A DNA stretch of 64,000 nt, taken from the NCBI GenBank assembly GCA_965202625.1, contig CBDBBI010000010.1, positions 1,856,001 to 1,920,000 on the forward strand, read 5' to 3'. The number at the start of each line of letters is the position of its first letter. Position 1 is the stretch's first letter. Below the pieces are notes generated by a model, which had not been told where the DNA came from, did not search any database, and saw nothing but the letters and a program-made list of their open reading frames with translations. Shown here piece after piece: positions 9,856 through 18,620 of the stretch. The DNA is from a bacterium (lineage in GTDB: Bacteria; UBA8248). Made by a program: the position numbers and the translations under genes.

Positions 9856-10172
9856 AATCTAATCGGAATCCCTCTTCTGCCAACCCCACTTACCATCATA
9901 TTCCGGCCAATATCGTTCACAGGCTGCTCGAATCGCTCGCCGCAGCTCTAGATACGATTTATCATCGTCCTCAAGAACTTTCCATTGAGGATGCAGTTCA
10001 TAACCTTCATCAGGTGATATTTGATGAAGTGGCCGTGGCGGGTCTGAGCGAAAATGAGAAAGCATTGTTTGATCAGTTGAAACAGCATTTTCTTTATCAG
10101 TGGGCAAAGCGTGAGAAGTTGCGTTCATTAAATTCTCCTAAAATAAGAAATAAAATTCAAAACTATTTATAA
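9852..10172 (+). CDS. Hypothetical protein (cargo)
   Basis: 106-aa ORF with ATGA overlap on the TM2 gene. Confidence 0.55.
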   Translation: MKSNRNPSSANPTYHHIPANIVHRLLESLAAALDTIYHRPQELSIEDAVHNLHQVIFDEVAVAGLSENEKALFDQLKQHFLYQWAKREKLRSLNSPKIRNKIQNYL

Positions 10173-10184
10173 AGGAAATCAGAT

Positions 10185-10715
10185 ATGTTTAAGAAAATTA
10201 AATCAATTTCATTGACAGCAATTCTTTTTTGTTTTTTCTGTTTTTCAAATGTTGGCTTGTCATACGGAAAGGAGGTTGATTCTTTTCAGCAAATTATGAA
10301 TTATCTGTTCATTGGTAATGCGCTTGATGATGGTAAAGTAGACAATCTTTATTACGCAAAAATTTTTGATCGTGAGAAATGTATAGCTGGCTGGGAAGAT
10401 TCCGCAGGCGGATTTCTGAAAATATATTGGAACAACATAGACATAGATTCAATTAAATCTCAAGACAAATTCGCTGATGGCGTCTGGATGAAATACATAT
10501 TATTTTCTGGACATCCTGTTGTGGCGGAAGTTGAACTAAAGAATTTCTTTGTTATTATGGGTCTTGCAGCTAAAGGCGTTGCTACAGGAAAATACTCATT
10601 TATATCTATTCCTCTTGGACAACCTGAAACGCGTGATGATGAGCGTATGGCAAAAGCGATTCAGTTGCTGTATTCAAAACATTGCACTGGACTAAAGACA
10701 AAGATGGCATTTTGA
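10185..10715 (+). CDS. Hypothetical exported protein (cargo)
   Basis: Basic N-terminus plus hydrophobic signal-like segment; AAGGA RBS. Confidence 0.65.
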   Translation: MFKKIKSISLTAILFCFFCFSNVGLSYGKEVDSFQQIMNYLFIGNALDDGKVDNLYYAKIFDREKCIAGWEDSAGGFLKIYWNNIDIDSIKSQDKFADGVWMKYILFSGHPVVAEVELKNFFVIMGLAAKGVATGKYSFISIPLGQPETRDDERMAKAIQLLYSKHCTGLKTKMAF

Positions 10716-10775
10716 TTGGGGGATGAAAATAAATGGAAACCCCAGCAGAAACTCCATCAGTAACAAATTGTGGAT

Positions 10776-10952
10776 TTATTTCGGCTTGTCCGTATGACGT
10801 ATCTGCACTGGACGCAATAAACGTTCCACCGCTTCATCCAGGCTCATTTCTTCCAACGTAAATTCTTCTTCTTTTTCGGCCTTGGAAGGCTGATACGTCG
10901 ATTTTGCGATTTCAATCACCGGTAATTTTTGTTGCGTCTTTTTCTTCGGCAT
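10776..10952 (-). CDS. Small 58-aa protein directly downstream of the transposase
   Basis: MPKKKTQQKLPVIEIAKSTYQPSKAEKEEEFTLEEMSLDEAVERLLRPVQIRHTDKPK*; ATG 1 nt after the transposase stop; below the ORF-track cutoff. Confidence 0.55.
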   Translation of the reverse strand: MPKKKTQQKLPVIEIAKSTYQPSKAEKEEEFTLEEMSLDEAVERLLRPVQIRHTDKPK

Positions 10953-10953
10953 T

Positions 10954-11892
10954 TTAGGCTACCAAATCCTTATACTTGAGCCGTTTCCCGTCCATTCCAT
11001 TCACCATTTTCTCCATCTGGTCAATAGTATCAAGAGGCCGAATGTTATGCCTACCGGAAAACTCATCAACATATTTCTGTAAATGCTTATGGCTCATTCG
11101 ATGATAGGTTCCATGAAATCCCTTTTTGAACATGGCCCAGAATGACTCCACGCCGTTGATGTGCGCCTGCTCGTTCACCCACTCTCCAAGGCCATGACTT
11201 ACGGCCTTGTGATTCTTGAGTCCTTTGTATGACTTGTGCTCGTCTGTATATTTAAGGGCGTTTCCATCCACATTCTCATTCACGAAATCATGTAGCGTTT
11301 CCTGCTTGGTGTCATCTACCACCTTGGCTCGAATCCGATTGGTGCTTCTATCCTTGATACCCACCACGGGAGCCTTTCCCACTGCGCCCCGCCCTTTGTT
11401 TTGTTTCTTGTCCTTGCGTTTGTTCTTTTCGAGTCCGCCCACATACGTCTCGTCTATTTCCACGGGGCCGTTGAAAAAATCTCCGTGAGCTTCAAATACC
11501 TTGCGAATCCGATGGGTCAAGTGCCAAGCGGATTTTTGACTGATTCCCAAGTCTCTATGGAGTTTCATACTGGAAACGCCCTTGAGATTGGTGATGCAGA
11601 AATAGAGTGCCAGCGCCCATACCTGAAAACCAAGATTTGAAGATTCCATGATGGTTTTGGTTCGGACGCTGAATCTTTTTCTGCATTCTTTCTCGCGGCA
11701 ACGAAAAGGCATGGTTTTGTGTTTTGCGCCTATGAGCACGTTCAGGGAACCGCAATAGGGACAACACACGCCCACTGGCCACCTCTTCTCGATAAACCAT
11801 TTCTCGGCGGCCTCATCATCAGGAAACATTCGCAAGGCATCCATGATACTCAATCCCTTTCTGAATGCCTTGCCGGGAGCTTTCTTTGCCAT
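10954..11892 (-). CDS. IS1595-family DDE transposase
   Basis: Zn ribbon CPYC..C.EC, HTH, VEIDETYVGG, YTDE..SY, HINGVESFWA and YVDEFSGRHN; start MAKKAPG after GAGGAG. Confidence 0.95.
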   Translation of the reverse strand: MAKKAPGKAFRKGLSIMDALRMFPDDEAAEKWFIEKRWPVGVCCPYCGSLNVLIGAKHKTMPFRCREKECRKRFSVRTKTIMESSNLGFQVWALALYFCITNLKGVSSMKLHRDLGISQKSAWHLTHRIRKVFEAHGDFFNGPVEIDETYVGGLEKNKRKDKKQNKGRGAVGKAPVVGIKDRSTNRIRAKVVDDTKQETLHDFVNENVDGNALKYTDEHKSYKGLKNHKAVSHGLGEWVNEQAHINGVESFWAMFKKGFHGTYHRMSHKHLQKYVDEFSGRHNIRPLDTIDQMEKMVNGMDGKRLKYKDLVA

Positions 11893-11932
11893 TGATTTCT
11901 CCTCATGTTTTCTCTTGTCATTCAATGGCAAA

Positions 11933-11961
11933 ATTATACTAAATAGTGCCCAAATTGTCAA
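11933..11961 (-). promoter_or_regulatory. Transposase promoter, perfect sigma70 consensus
   Basis: Minus strand reads TTGACA-atttgggcactatttag (17 bp)-TATAAT. Confidence 0.85.
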
Positions 11962-11991
11962 GCGTTATATTTTGGGTGTGATTGCATTCAT

Positions 11992-12014
11992 GGGCACTAT
12001 TGTTTATAAGTCCC
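11992..12014 (-). repeat. Terminal inverted repeat, transposase end
   Basis: Pairs with 8605-8627; followed by TSD TAAAAAAT. Confidence 0.9.
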
Positions 12015-12810
12015 TAAAAAATCCAAAAAAAACAAGAGCAAAAACAAAATGGAGAGCCTGTTTATCGGAATCACCTCTACGAGCCTCCCGCGTTGTATGG
12101 CGAGCCAGAAGCTGTATGCCGAGATGATGTTGAAAAATCCTCCGACGAGCATCCACCAGACGCTCTTCTTACTCCATGTTCTGGGGTTGAGTTCATGGTT
12201 TTTGACGAACGGTATCGAGCCAAGTTGAAGGAGCGCGCCCGTGAGTGCTGTGGCGCAGATGCCGAAGGCGGGAGAGGGTATCGTCTGAAACGCGATCTTG
12301 CGAAGCGGCGGTGCGAAGGAGAAGAAAAAGGCCGCCAAAATCGGCATGAAGATAATGCCAGAATGGGGTCGCGCGACACGCCCCTGCGCCTCTCTCCTGA
12401 ACCAGCGGTATCGCCCCAAAGACGACGGCGAAAGTCCCCAGCGCAACGGGGAAGGTGATGGTCTCGCCAAGCAGGAGCACGGCCAGCAGCGCGCTCCACA
12501 TCGGATGGACTTGCAGCATGATTTGAGAGCGCGCCATTCCGATGAGCGCGGCTGATATAAAATTCAGGTTTCTCGATAAAAAATGAGAGCAAAATCCGGC
12601 CATCACGAACCAGAAAATCCCCGCTAGGGGCCATTTTTCGAGACCCGCGCCCGCCATATAAATGGCTGCGGCGTATGTCGTCAGCGTCAGGTTGCTCGCG
12701 AAGGTGAGCGCCTTTGGGCCCATCCATTGAAGAGCGCCGCGATAGACCGTTTGCGCCGCGGCCAGAAAAACGCCGGACAGGAACGACAACAACACGGGAG
12801 GGAGCGATTC
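12015..12810 (-). pseudogene. EamA/DMT transporter, N-terminal part; frameshifted and IS-interrupted
   Basis: Two overlapping ORFs (12193-12885, 11997-12470) each carry one EamA repeat (P.WSALLAVLLLGE; LVEVIPINRLSILF); truncated at the IS end. Confidence 0.8.
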
Positions 12811-12969
12811 GATCAAGGGCAATCCAGGAAGTCTAGAGGGTGAAATGAACTGACAGGTGCGCATTATGACATGAGAAACCCCCACCCGAAATCAGTGCGC
12901 TTGCCCATGAGAGAGTGTCTTGTGATACATTTCTCCTCTCTTCCCCGCTTCCATTAGAGGACGAGGAAA

Positions 12970-13644
12970 ATGTCGTGCGACGCTTCAATGCCCGCCATGG
13001 AAATCTTTCCCAAATACGCCCTTTTGCCCGAAATGTATGCACAGGAAATGGAGGGATTGACGCCAGAACAGATCGACGCGAGACAATCCGGCAAAACTTG
13101 GGGACTGTGGTCGATACGCGAGCAGGTCAGCCACATAGGATACGTGAACTACAGGTGGTTTCTGCAAATATGGGGGAAATCCCTATTCGGGGAGGATTCG
13201 CCGAGGCCGGAATCCCTCTATCATACGGGCGGTGCGGATCGCCTTCTTGACCCCAAGCGATTTTATGAGATGGACGATTTGCTCGCGGCTTATGAGGATG
13301 GCTGCCGCCTGGCCCTGAACATTCTGAAACGCGAAACCGCCGAATCGTTGCGGGCGAGAACCAAAACTAGGGAAATCCCCCGAAGCTACGTATGGCCCTC
13401 GGGGGACAAATATATCGATTGGATTCAGGGCGTGGTGCTGAAAACCCACCCCGGCGGCTTCTGGCGGGACGAGAGCCAAGAGAATCTCTTTCATTACACC
13501 CTGGAGTGGACTTTTCGTCACGCGCTCTGGGAAGGATTCGCCCACCTCAAAACCATTCAGGCACACAAACGCATCCAGGGGATCAAAACGAAAATAGCGC
13601 TGGATGAGCGCATAGGCTACCTCGCCGCGCTCACCTGGGAGTGA
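12970..13644 (+). CDS. DinB/YfiT-like metal-binding family protein
   Basis: WSIREQVSHI and H...E..AHL..I motifs. Confidence 0.7.
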   Translation: MSCDASMPAMEIFPKYALLPEMYAQEMEGLTPEQIDARQSGKTWGLWSIREQVSHIGYVNYRWFLQIWGKSLFGEDSPRPESLYHTGGADRLLDPKRFYEMDDLLAAYEDGCRLALNILKRETAESLRARTKTREIPRSYVWPSGDKYIDWIQGVVLKTHPGGFWRDESQENLFHYTLEWTFRHALWEGFAHLKTIQAHKRIQGIKTKIALDERIGYLAALTWE

Positions 13645-13692
13645 GCACCCACTCAATCAGGCTCTCAGGCGCGTCATCGACCGAGAACAAAT

Positions 13693-14109
13693 TCAGACTC
13701 TCCTCTGAGACGAAACCCTCTGGGCGCGCATGGTGCAAAAATTCCAGCAAAGAATCATAATAGCCACAAGTGTTGAGCAGGCCGACCGGCTGGTTGTGAT
13801 ATCCCAAATGAAGCCAGGTGATTCATCTCCATGGTCTCCTCCAACGTGCCAAGCCCCCCCTGGCGAGGCGATGAATCCATCGGCCAGCTCCGTCATCAGC
13901 GCCTTTCTGTCGTGCATCGTGCACACCACGCACAGGCGGGCAACCCCCTGAACGGCGTCGGCCAAAACACCCATGAGTCCCACTCCACCCGCACCATAGA
14001 CCACGCCGACGCCATGCGCCCACAAAGCATGACCCAGGTTCCGCGTCGCCTCGCTGTATTCAGGCCGAACCCCCTTTGACGAACCTGCGAAAACGCATAT
14101 CCATTTCAA
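13693..14109 (-). pseudogene. LOG family (TIGR00730-like) pseudogene
   Basis: ICVFAGSS, VYG.G.VGLMG.LADA and MH.RK..M..LADGFIA.PGG, with an internal deletion and a frameshift after PGG. Confidence 0.8.
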
Positions 14110-14230
14110 GGATATCACCTCCCTCCGGAATCGGCGCGCCGTCTGGGCGTAGACGTTCACCGGGTTTCACCTTTCACTCTCAGCGCCCGTTGGCGTCTCC
14201 TATACCATTGCGGATACGCTCTCGCTCACC

Positions 14231-14930
14231 ATGAAATCCTCATCTGGAATATCATGTACTGTTGTGGACGTCGCGCGTCCGACATTGTGAGGCGGCATCC
14301 GCTGAGAAATGCTGAATGTTACGATATCAACGGAGTTTCAAGGGACCCCGCCGAGCCAGACCCTTGTCGCCCGCATTGAGGAGATGGGGTTGTCCCACCA
14401 AATGACGACGACGTTCACGATCCAGCCAGCCAGAAACCCTCTGATCCTCGCCTCCTACTGGCCGCCCGAACCGGAAGAGCGACGCCTGATCGTCTACGTT
14501 CGCGCCCGCGCCCATCACCCCCATCGCCGCCGTTCCGTACCCAATCGGGCGAGGGGAAGCAAATATCCCTTTCTGGCGGCGCTTTGTGAGCTGGCGATCC
14601 GCTGGGGGGAAGGAGATAACTTGTTGGCGGGCGACCACAACACCGGGCGCATCAGCGAGGACGAGAGCGTAAAGTGTTTCCATCACTTTGAAGATAGATT
14701 TATGATGGCCATGGCAGAGGCGGGTTGGGTGGATGCGTACCACACCGCTTACAGCCAAAAGCGTGCATAAATCTGGCGGGCGCCCGGCGGGGGAGGACGC
14801 TTCCGGCTGGATCACACCTTCGTCAACCGTCACGCGCAAAACAGGCTCATCATCATGCGCATCGACTGGATGAGAAGAAGTCCGAGGCCGCTGAGCTACC
14901 ACGTGCCCCTGTGGATCACGCTGAAGGATG
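14231..14930 (+). pseudogene. Endonuclease/exonuclease/phosphatase (ExoIII-like) pseudogene
   Basis: ILIWNI, LAGDHNTG, GWVDAY and FRLDHTFV lie in different frames. Confidence 0.65.
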
Positions 14931-14966
14931 AATTCGAGAACGGCAAGGAAAATGCGGCGCAAGCGT

Positions 14967-15809
14967 TCATCCGCTAGAGAACAGAACCACAGAGCCTGCG
15001 GCGAGGACGACGCCCGTCCCTTTCCTCAGCGTGAGTCTCTCCTTCAAGAAGATGATCGCGAGCACGCCGGTCAACACGAAACTCAGCTGCGCGATGGGCG
15101 CCACGACGACCGCGTCACCATAGGTGAATCCCACGGCGATGGCCACGTAGCTCGAAGAGGTAAGCACGCCGCACACGAAGGGCAACCAAAGCGCTACGCC
15201 GCGTCTGGGCAATGGGTCCTTTTGGGCAAGCGCGAAGGGCACGGCCATGCAGGTGACGCCCACACTTTGAACGGACGTCATCATGGCGGGCTTAGCGCCC
15301 ATCCCGAGTCCCAGCTTATACAAAAACCCGATAACGCCGAACATGCACATGGCCACAATCGCAAGGGCGACGGATCGTTTGTCAGCCACGGACGCCATCA
15401 CGCCGCTTCCGGTCGCCATCACGGCGCAGGCGGCCAGAATGAGAGCAAGACATTGAAGAAAATTGACGCTCTCGCCCAGAAAAAATACCGTAAGAATGGC
15501 AGTCACCGCGAAATTCAGCCGGACAATCGGCACGAGCGCTACAGCCTCCCCTCGCCGCAGGGCGAGCAGGACGCACAAAAATGCTGTGAACGCCAAAATT
15601 CCGTTGATGAACCCGAAAACGAGCCCCTGGGTCCAGAGCAGTTCCCCGCGATACCAGGCCAGCCCGAACGCGTTCGGCAGATAGGCCATGTTTTGCAGAA
15701 ACATGAAGGGCGCGCCGCGCAACTCCCACTGCTGGCCCCATTTATAGAGAAAGTCATTGACGCCAAGAAAACAAAGCGAGATGAGCGCGAAGACGACTTC
15801 GGGCGGCAT
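14967..15809 (-). CDS. EamA/DMT family transporter
   Basis: About 10 TM segments in two EamA repeats (VPIVRLNF..FFLGE; VAPIAQLSF..FLKE). Confidence 0.9.
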   Translation of the reverse strand: MPPEVVFALISLCFLGVNDFLYKWGQQWELRGAPFMFLQNMAYLPNAFGLAWYRGELLWTQGLVFGFINGILAFTAFLCVLLALRRGEAVALVPIVRLNFAVTAILTVFFLGESVNFLQCLALILAACAVMATGSGVMASVADKRSVALAIVAMCMFGVIGFLYKLGLGMGAKPAMMTSVQSVGVTCMAVPFALAQKDPLPRRGVALWLPFVCGVLTSSSYVAIAVGFTYGDAVVVAPIAQLSFVLTGVLAIIFLKERLTLRKGTGVVLAAGSVVLFSSG

Positions 15810-16259
15810 ACGGAACTCCTCGCGCGGATATCCCTGCCCGCCGCGCACGCCTTGGCTGAAGGGGGAGAGAAGATCGCCCTCAATTCAGGAAAGCTCCAAA
15901 GGGCGCGGGCGCGAAAACAGAGGCAGGTTAAGACTCTCGTCAGCGCGTGTCAAAGAGAGGAAGCGGAGAATCCATCCGTCTCATGGGATGCCGAATGAGG
16001 CGCTGGCGAGCAGCTGGTTACCGCCTCGCCGTAGTCTATAAAAGCGCTTGCGGAGTCATGGCCGCTCCCCCACGCAAAAAAAAGCACCACTCCTCCCGCC
16101 CCCTTCGCGAAACGTGTTCCCAAAATACGCGCTAAGAGGACGAGGAAGCCAGCCTATGCTTTCTCGGGCGACTCAGATGGCCCTCACTGGCAGGGCATAA
16201 AACATGGTATCTTTGTAGCCGCGGAATTCAGAGGACTCCGTCGTCATCCGAAAACCCTC

Positions 16260-16757
16260 TTGTTTTTCCCATCACTTTCCAGGAGGTGGGGCTTGGGCCG
16301 CGAATATCCGCTTCGCCCCATCGTCGGCGTAGGGGCCGTCGTCGTCGAAGATGAAAAAGTTCTCATCGTCCGCCGAGGGCGACCCCCCCAAATGGGCGCC
16401 TGGAGCATTCCGGGCGGGGGCGTCCGGCTAGGGGAGGAACTTGAGTGCGCCTGTATGCGAGAGGTAAGGGAGGAGACGGGACTGAAGGTCGATATCGTCT
16501 CCGAAGGGCGGGTTTTGAACCGCATCACCCGGGACGAATGGGGACGCGCGCGATTCCATTACGTGCTCATTGATTACGTGTGTCGCCCTGCCGGGGGCGT
16601 CCTTCGGGCAGCAAGCGACGTCTCGGAGGCGAAGTGGCTCCCCTTAAACGAGATATCCGCCTTGCGTCCGATGACAAGCGGAACGGCAGAGTTCATACTA
16701 GAGTCGGTCGCCGCGCTCGACGAATCATCTCATCAGGAAAGACGAGAGCACACATGA
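16260..16757 (+). CDS. NUDIX hydrolase
   Basis: PGG.V..GE....C.REVREETGL Nudix box. Confidence 0.92.
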   Translation: MFFPSLSRRWGLGREYPLRPIVGVGAVVVEDEKVLIVRRGRPPQMGAWSIPGGGVRLGEELECACMREVREETGLKVDIVSEGRVLNRITRDEWGRARFHYVLIDYVCRPAGGVLRAASDVSEAKWLPLNEISALRPMTSGTAEFILESVAALDESSHQERREHT

Positions 16758-17491
16758 ACGATGGCGGAGAAAAGCGCTTCTCGAACGAGCGCCTCGCAGC
16801 CTTGTTCCTGCGCCTCGCCACGCGCGAGCTCAAAACCTCCGCCTCCCATCTCAAAAGAAGGTTCCGCGTCTTCGTCGAGGAGTCGGACCCCTGGAAGGCG
16901 CGCGAGGAGATTGAATCCTTATCCGGAACCATTCATCGCCTCAGTCGCCTCATCGAAACGCTCTCGGATACGGCCGACATCGAGTCCCAGCGCGTAAGTC
17001 TCGAGAACGCCGAGATCAACCTCGCCCATCTATTCAGCGAACGCATCAGCAAACGGCTCTGGCGTTTTCCGTCCTATCGGTTTCTGCCCGAGATGCCGTC
17101 CCGACTTGAAACGTGGGGCGACAAGCGGAGGCTCGCCTCCCTCATCGACGATTTACTCGACGCGGCCATTCACGTCGCGCCCGACGGCGGCATCATCCAC
17201 GCGCTCCTCACGAAGGAAAACGGGCAGGTCGTTCTGTCCACCCACAATCGCGACGCCAAGATACCAACATCTCGCTTCGAGTCGTTCATCGACTGGATGG
17301 AGGAAGACGTAGAGAATCCAGAAGCACTTCGGGGAATCTCCATCAGTCTCTACCGCAGCTACCGCGCCGCCCGCATGCTGGGCGGGCGTCTGGAGCTCAT
17401 GGCCCCGCCCGAGGGCGGCGCGGCGTTCACCGTCAAGCTTCCGGACGGCGAATCGCCGCATCCCCCGCCTTCAGGGAGTCCGCCCGCATGA
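16754..17491 (+). CDS. Degenerate histidine-kinase-like protein (DHp plus HATPase-like fold)
   Basis: ATRELKTS in place of ASHELRTP; GD..RL..LIDDLLDAA; GG.L......GGAAFTVKLP; ATGA overlaps at both ends. Confidence 0.7.
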   Translation: MNDGGEKRFSNERLAALFLRLATRELKTSASHLKRRFRVFVEESDPWKAREEIESLSGTIHRLSRLIETLSDTADIESQRVSLENAEINLAHLFSERISKRLWRFPSYRFLPEMPSRLETWGDKRRLASLIDDLLDAAIHVAPDGGIIHALLTKENGQVVLSTHNRDAKIPTSRFESFIDWMEEDVENPEALRGISISLYRSYRAARMLGGRLELMAPPEGGAAFTVKLPDGESPHPPPSGSPPA

Positions 17492-18552
17492 ACGACGAGC
17501 AGCGCATCTCCGAGGAGACACTCGTTCGCTTCGCCACGAAGGCCATCACTACCCTCGGGGCGAGCGAGGAGCGCGCCAGGGAAACCGCAGAAATTCTCAC
17601 GGCAGCCGACCTGCGAGGGATATCGAGTCACGGCGTGGCGGGCGGGACGGGCTTACGCGAACTCATCGAGCGGATTCGCAAAGGCGCCATCGACCCGAAA
17701 GCCACGCCGAGCGTCAGGCGAAACGAAAACTGGGCCATCGCCGCCATGGACGCACGGGGGGGCATCGGCCCGGCGGCGGCGATGGACGCGACCCGCCTCG
17801 CAGGCGACCTGGCGGAGAGATATGGAGTCGGAAAGGTCTACGTGCACAACGCGAATCACTTCGGGGCGGCGTGCGTGTACGTGGAAGCGCTGATCGAGCG
17901 GGGTCTCGCCGGACGCGCCACCTGCACCTCCGGGGCCTGGATGATCCCCTATGGGGGAAACAGGCTTCGGCTCGGCACGAACCCCATCGCCTGGGGGGTG
18001 CCCGCGGGAGATCGGGCCATCGTCATCGACATGGCCACTACCCAGCGCGCGGTGAGTCCCGCCATTCGCGCCAGCCGCGCGGGAGAGGTGATCCCGCCCG
18101 ATTATTTTCTCCACGAGAACGGGGATGTCATGTCCGGTCACGTGGAGTACGATGCGCTACTCAAAGGTTCCGTCCTGCCTCTGGGAGGGAAGCAGTTCGG
18201 CTACAAAGGCTCCGGCCTTGCTATGCTGGTGGATCTGGACGGCGTCATCGGCGGAGGCATGGCGGGGCGCGTTCCGACGCTACGCGTGAAGCCCGACGCA
18301 CGCATCGCCCAGACCATAGAGGCATGGAGGCTGGATGCGCTCTATCCCGAGGAAGAAGCGAGGAGACGACTGGCAGAGGCGGTGCGGGACATCAAAACCT
18401 GCGGTGGGGCGGAGATGCTGCTTCCGGGCGAGCGCGAGGCGATCAAAAAGGCGAAGGCGGAGCAAGACGGCATCCCCTATGAAGCCTCCCAGTGGAACAC
18501 CCTTGAAATGATAGCGGGCGGGCTGGGCATTGAAACCCCCGAGGCCATATAG
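17488..18552 (+). CDS. Ldh_2 family (NAD(P)H-dependent) oxidoreductase
   Basis: ADLRGISSHG, NANHFGA, GTNPIA, DMAT, LPLGG...GYKGSGL and LPGERE. Confidence 0.9.
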   Translation: MNDEQRISEETLVRFATKAITTLGASEERARETAEILTAADLRGISSHGVAGGTGLRELIERIRKGAIDPKATPSVRRNENWAIAAMDARGGIGPAAAMDATRLAGDLAERYGVGKVYVHNANHFGAACVYVEALIERGLAGRATCTSGAWMIPYGGNRLRLGTNPIAWGVPAGDRAIVIDMATTQRAVSPAIRASRAGEVIPPDYFLHENGDVMSGHVEYDALLKGSVLPLGGKQFGYKGSGLAMLVDLDGVIGGGMAGRVPTLRVKPDARIAQTIEAWRLDALYPEEEARRRLAEAVRDIKTCGGAEMLLPGEREAIKKAKAEQDGIPYEASQWNTLEMIAGGLGIETPEAI

Positions 18553-18620
18553 CGCAGCCGACCGAAAGGGGCTGCTGTTTCGAGGGCGGCGCCTCGCAAG
18601 CCACGCCGACGTGCCATCAA

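Larger units (their letters stand above)
8605..12014 (-). mobile_element. IS1595-family transposon carrying passenger genes (3410 bp)
   Basis: TIRs GGGAATTATATACTATAGTGCCC (8605-8627) and GGGACTTATAAACAATAGTGCCC (reverse complement of 11992-12014), 20/23 identical; TSD TAAAAAAT at 8597-8604 and 12015-12022; intact transposase; visibly AT-rich. Confidence 0.93.

Noticed and set aside
11893-11961. N-terminal extension of the transposase in the ORF track
   Set aside because: The TTG start is the -35 box itself; RBS and promoter support the start at 11892
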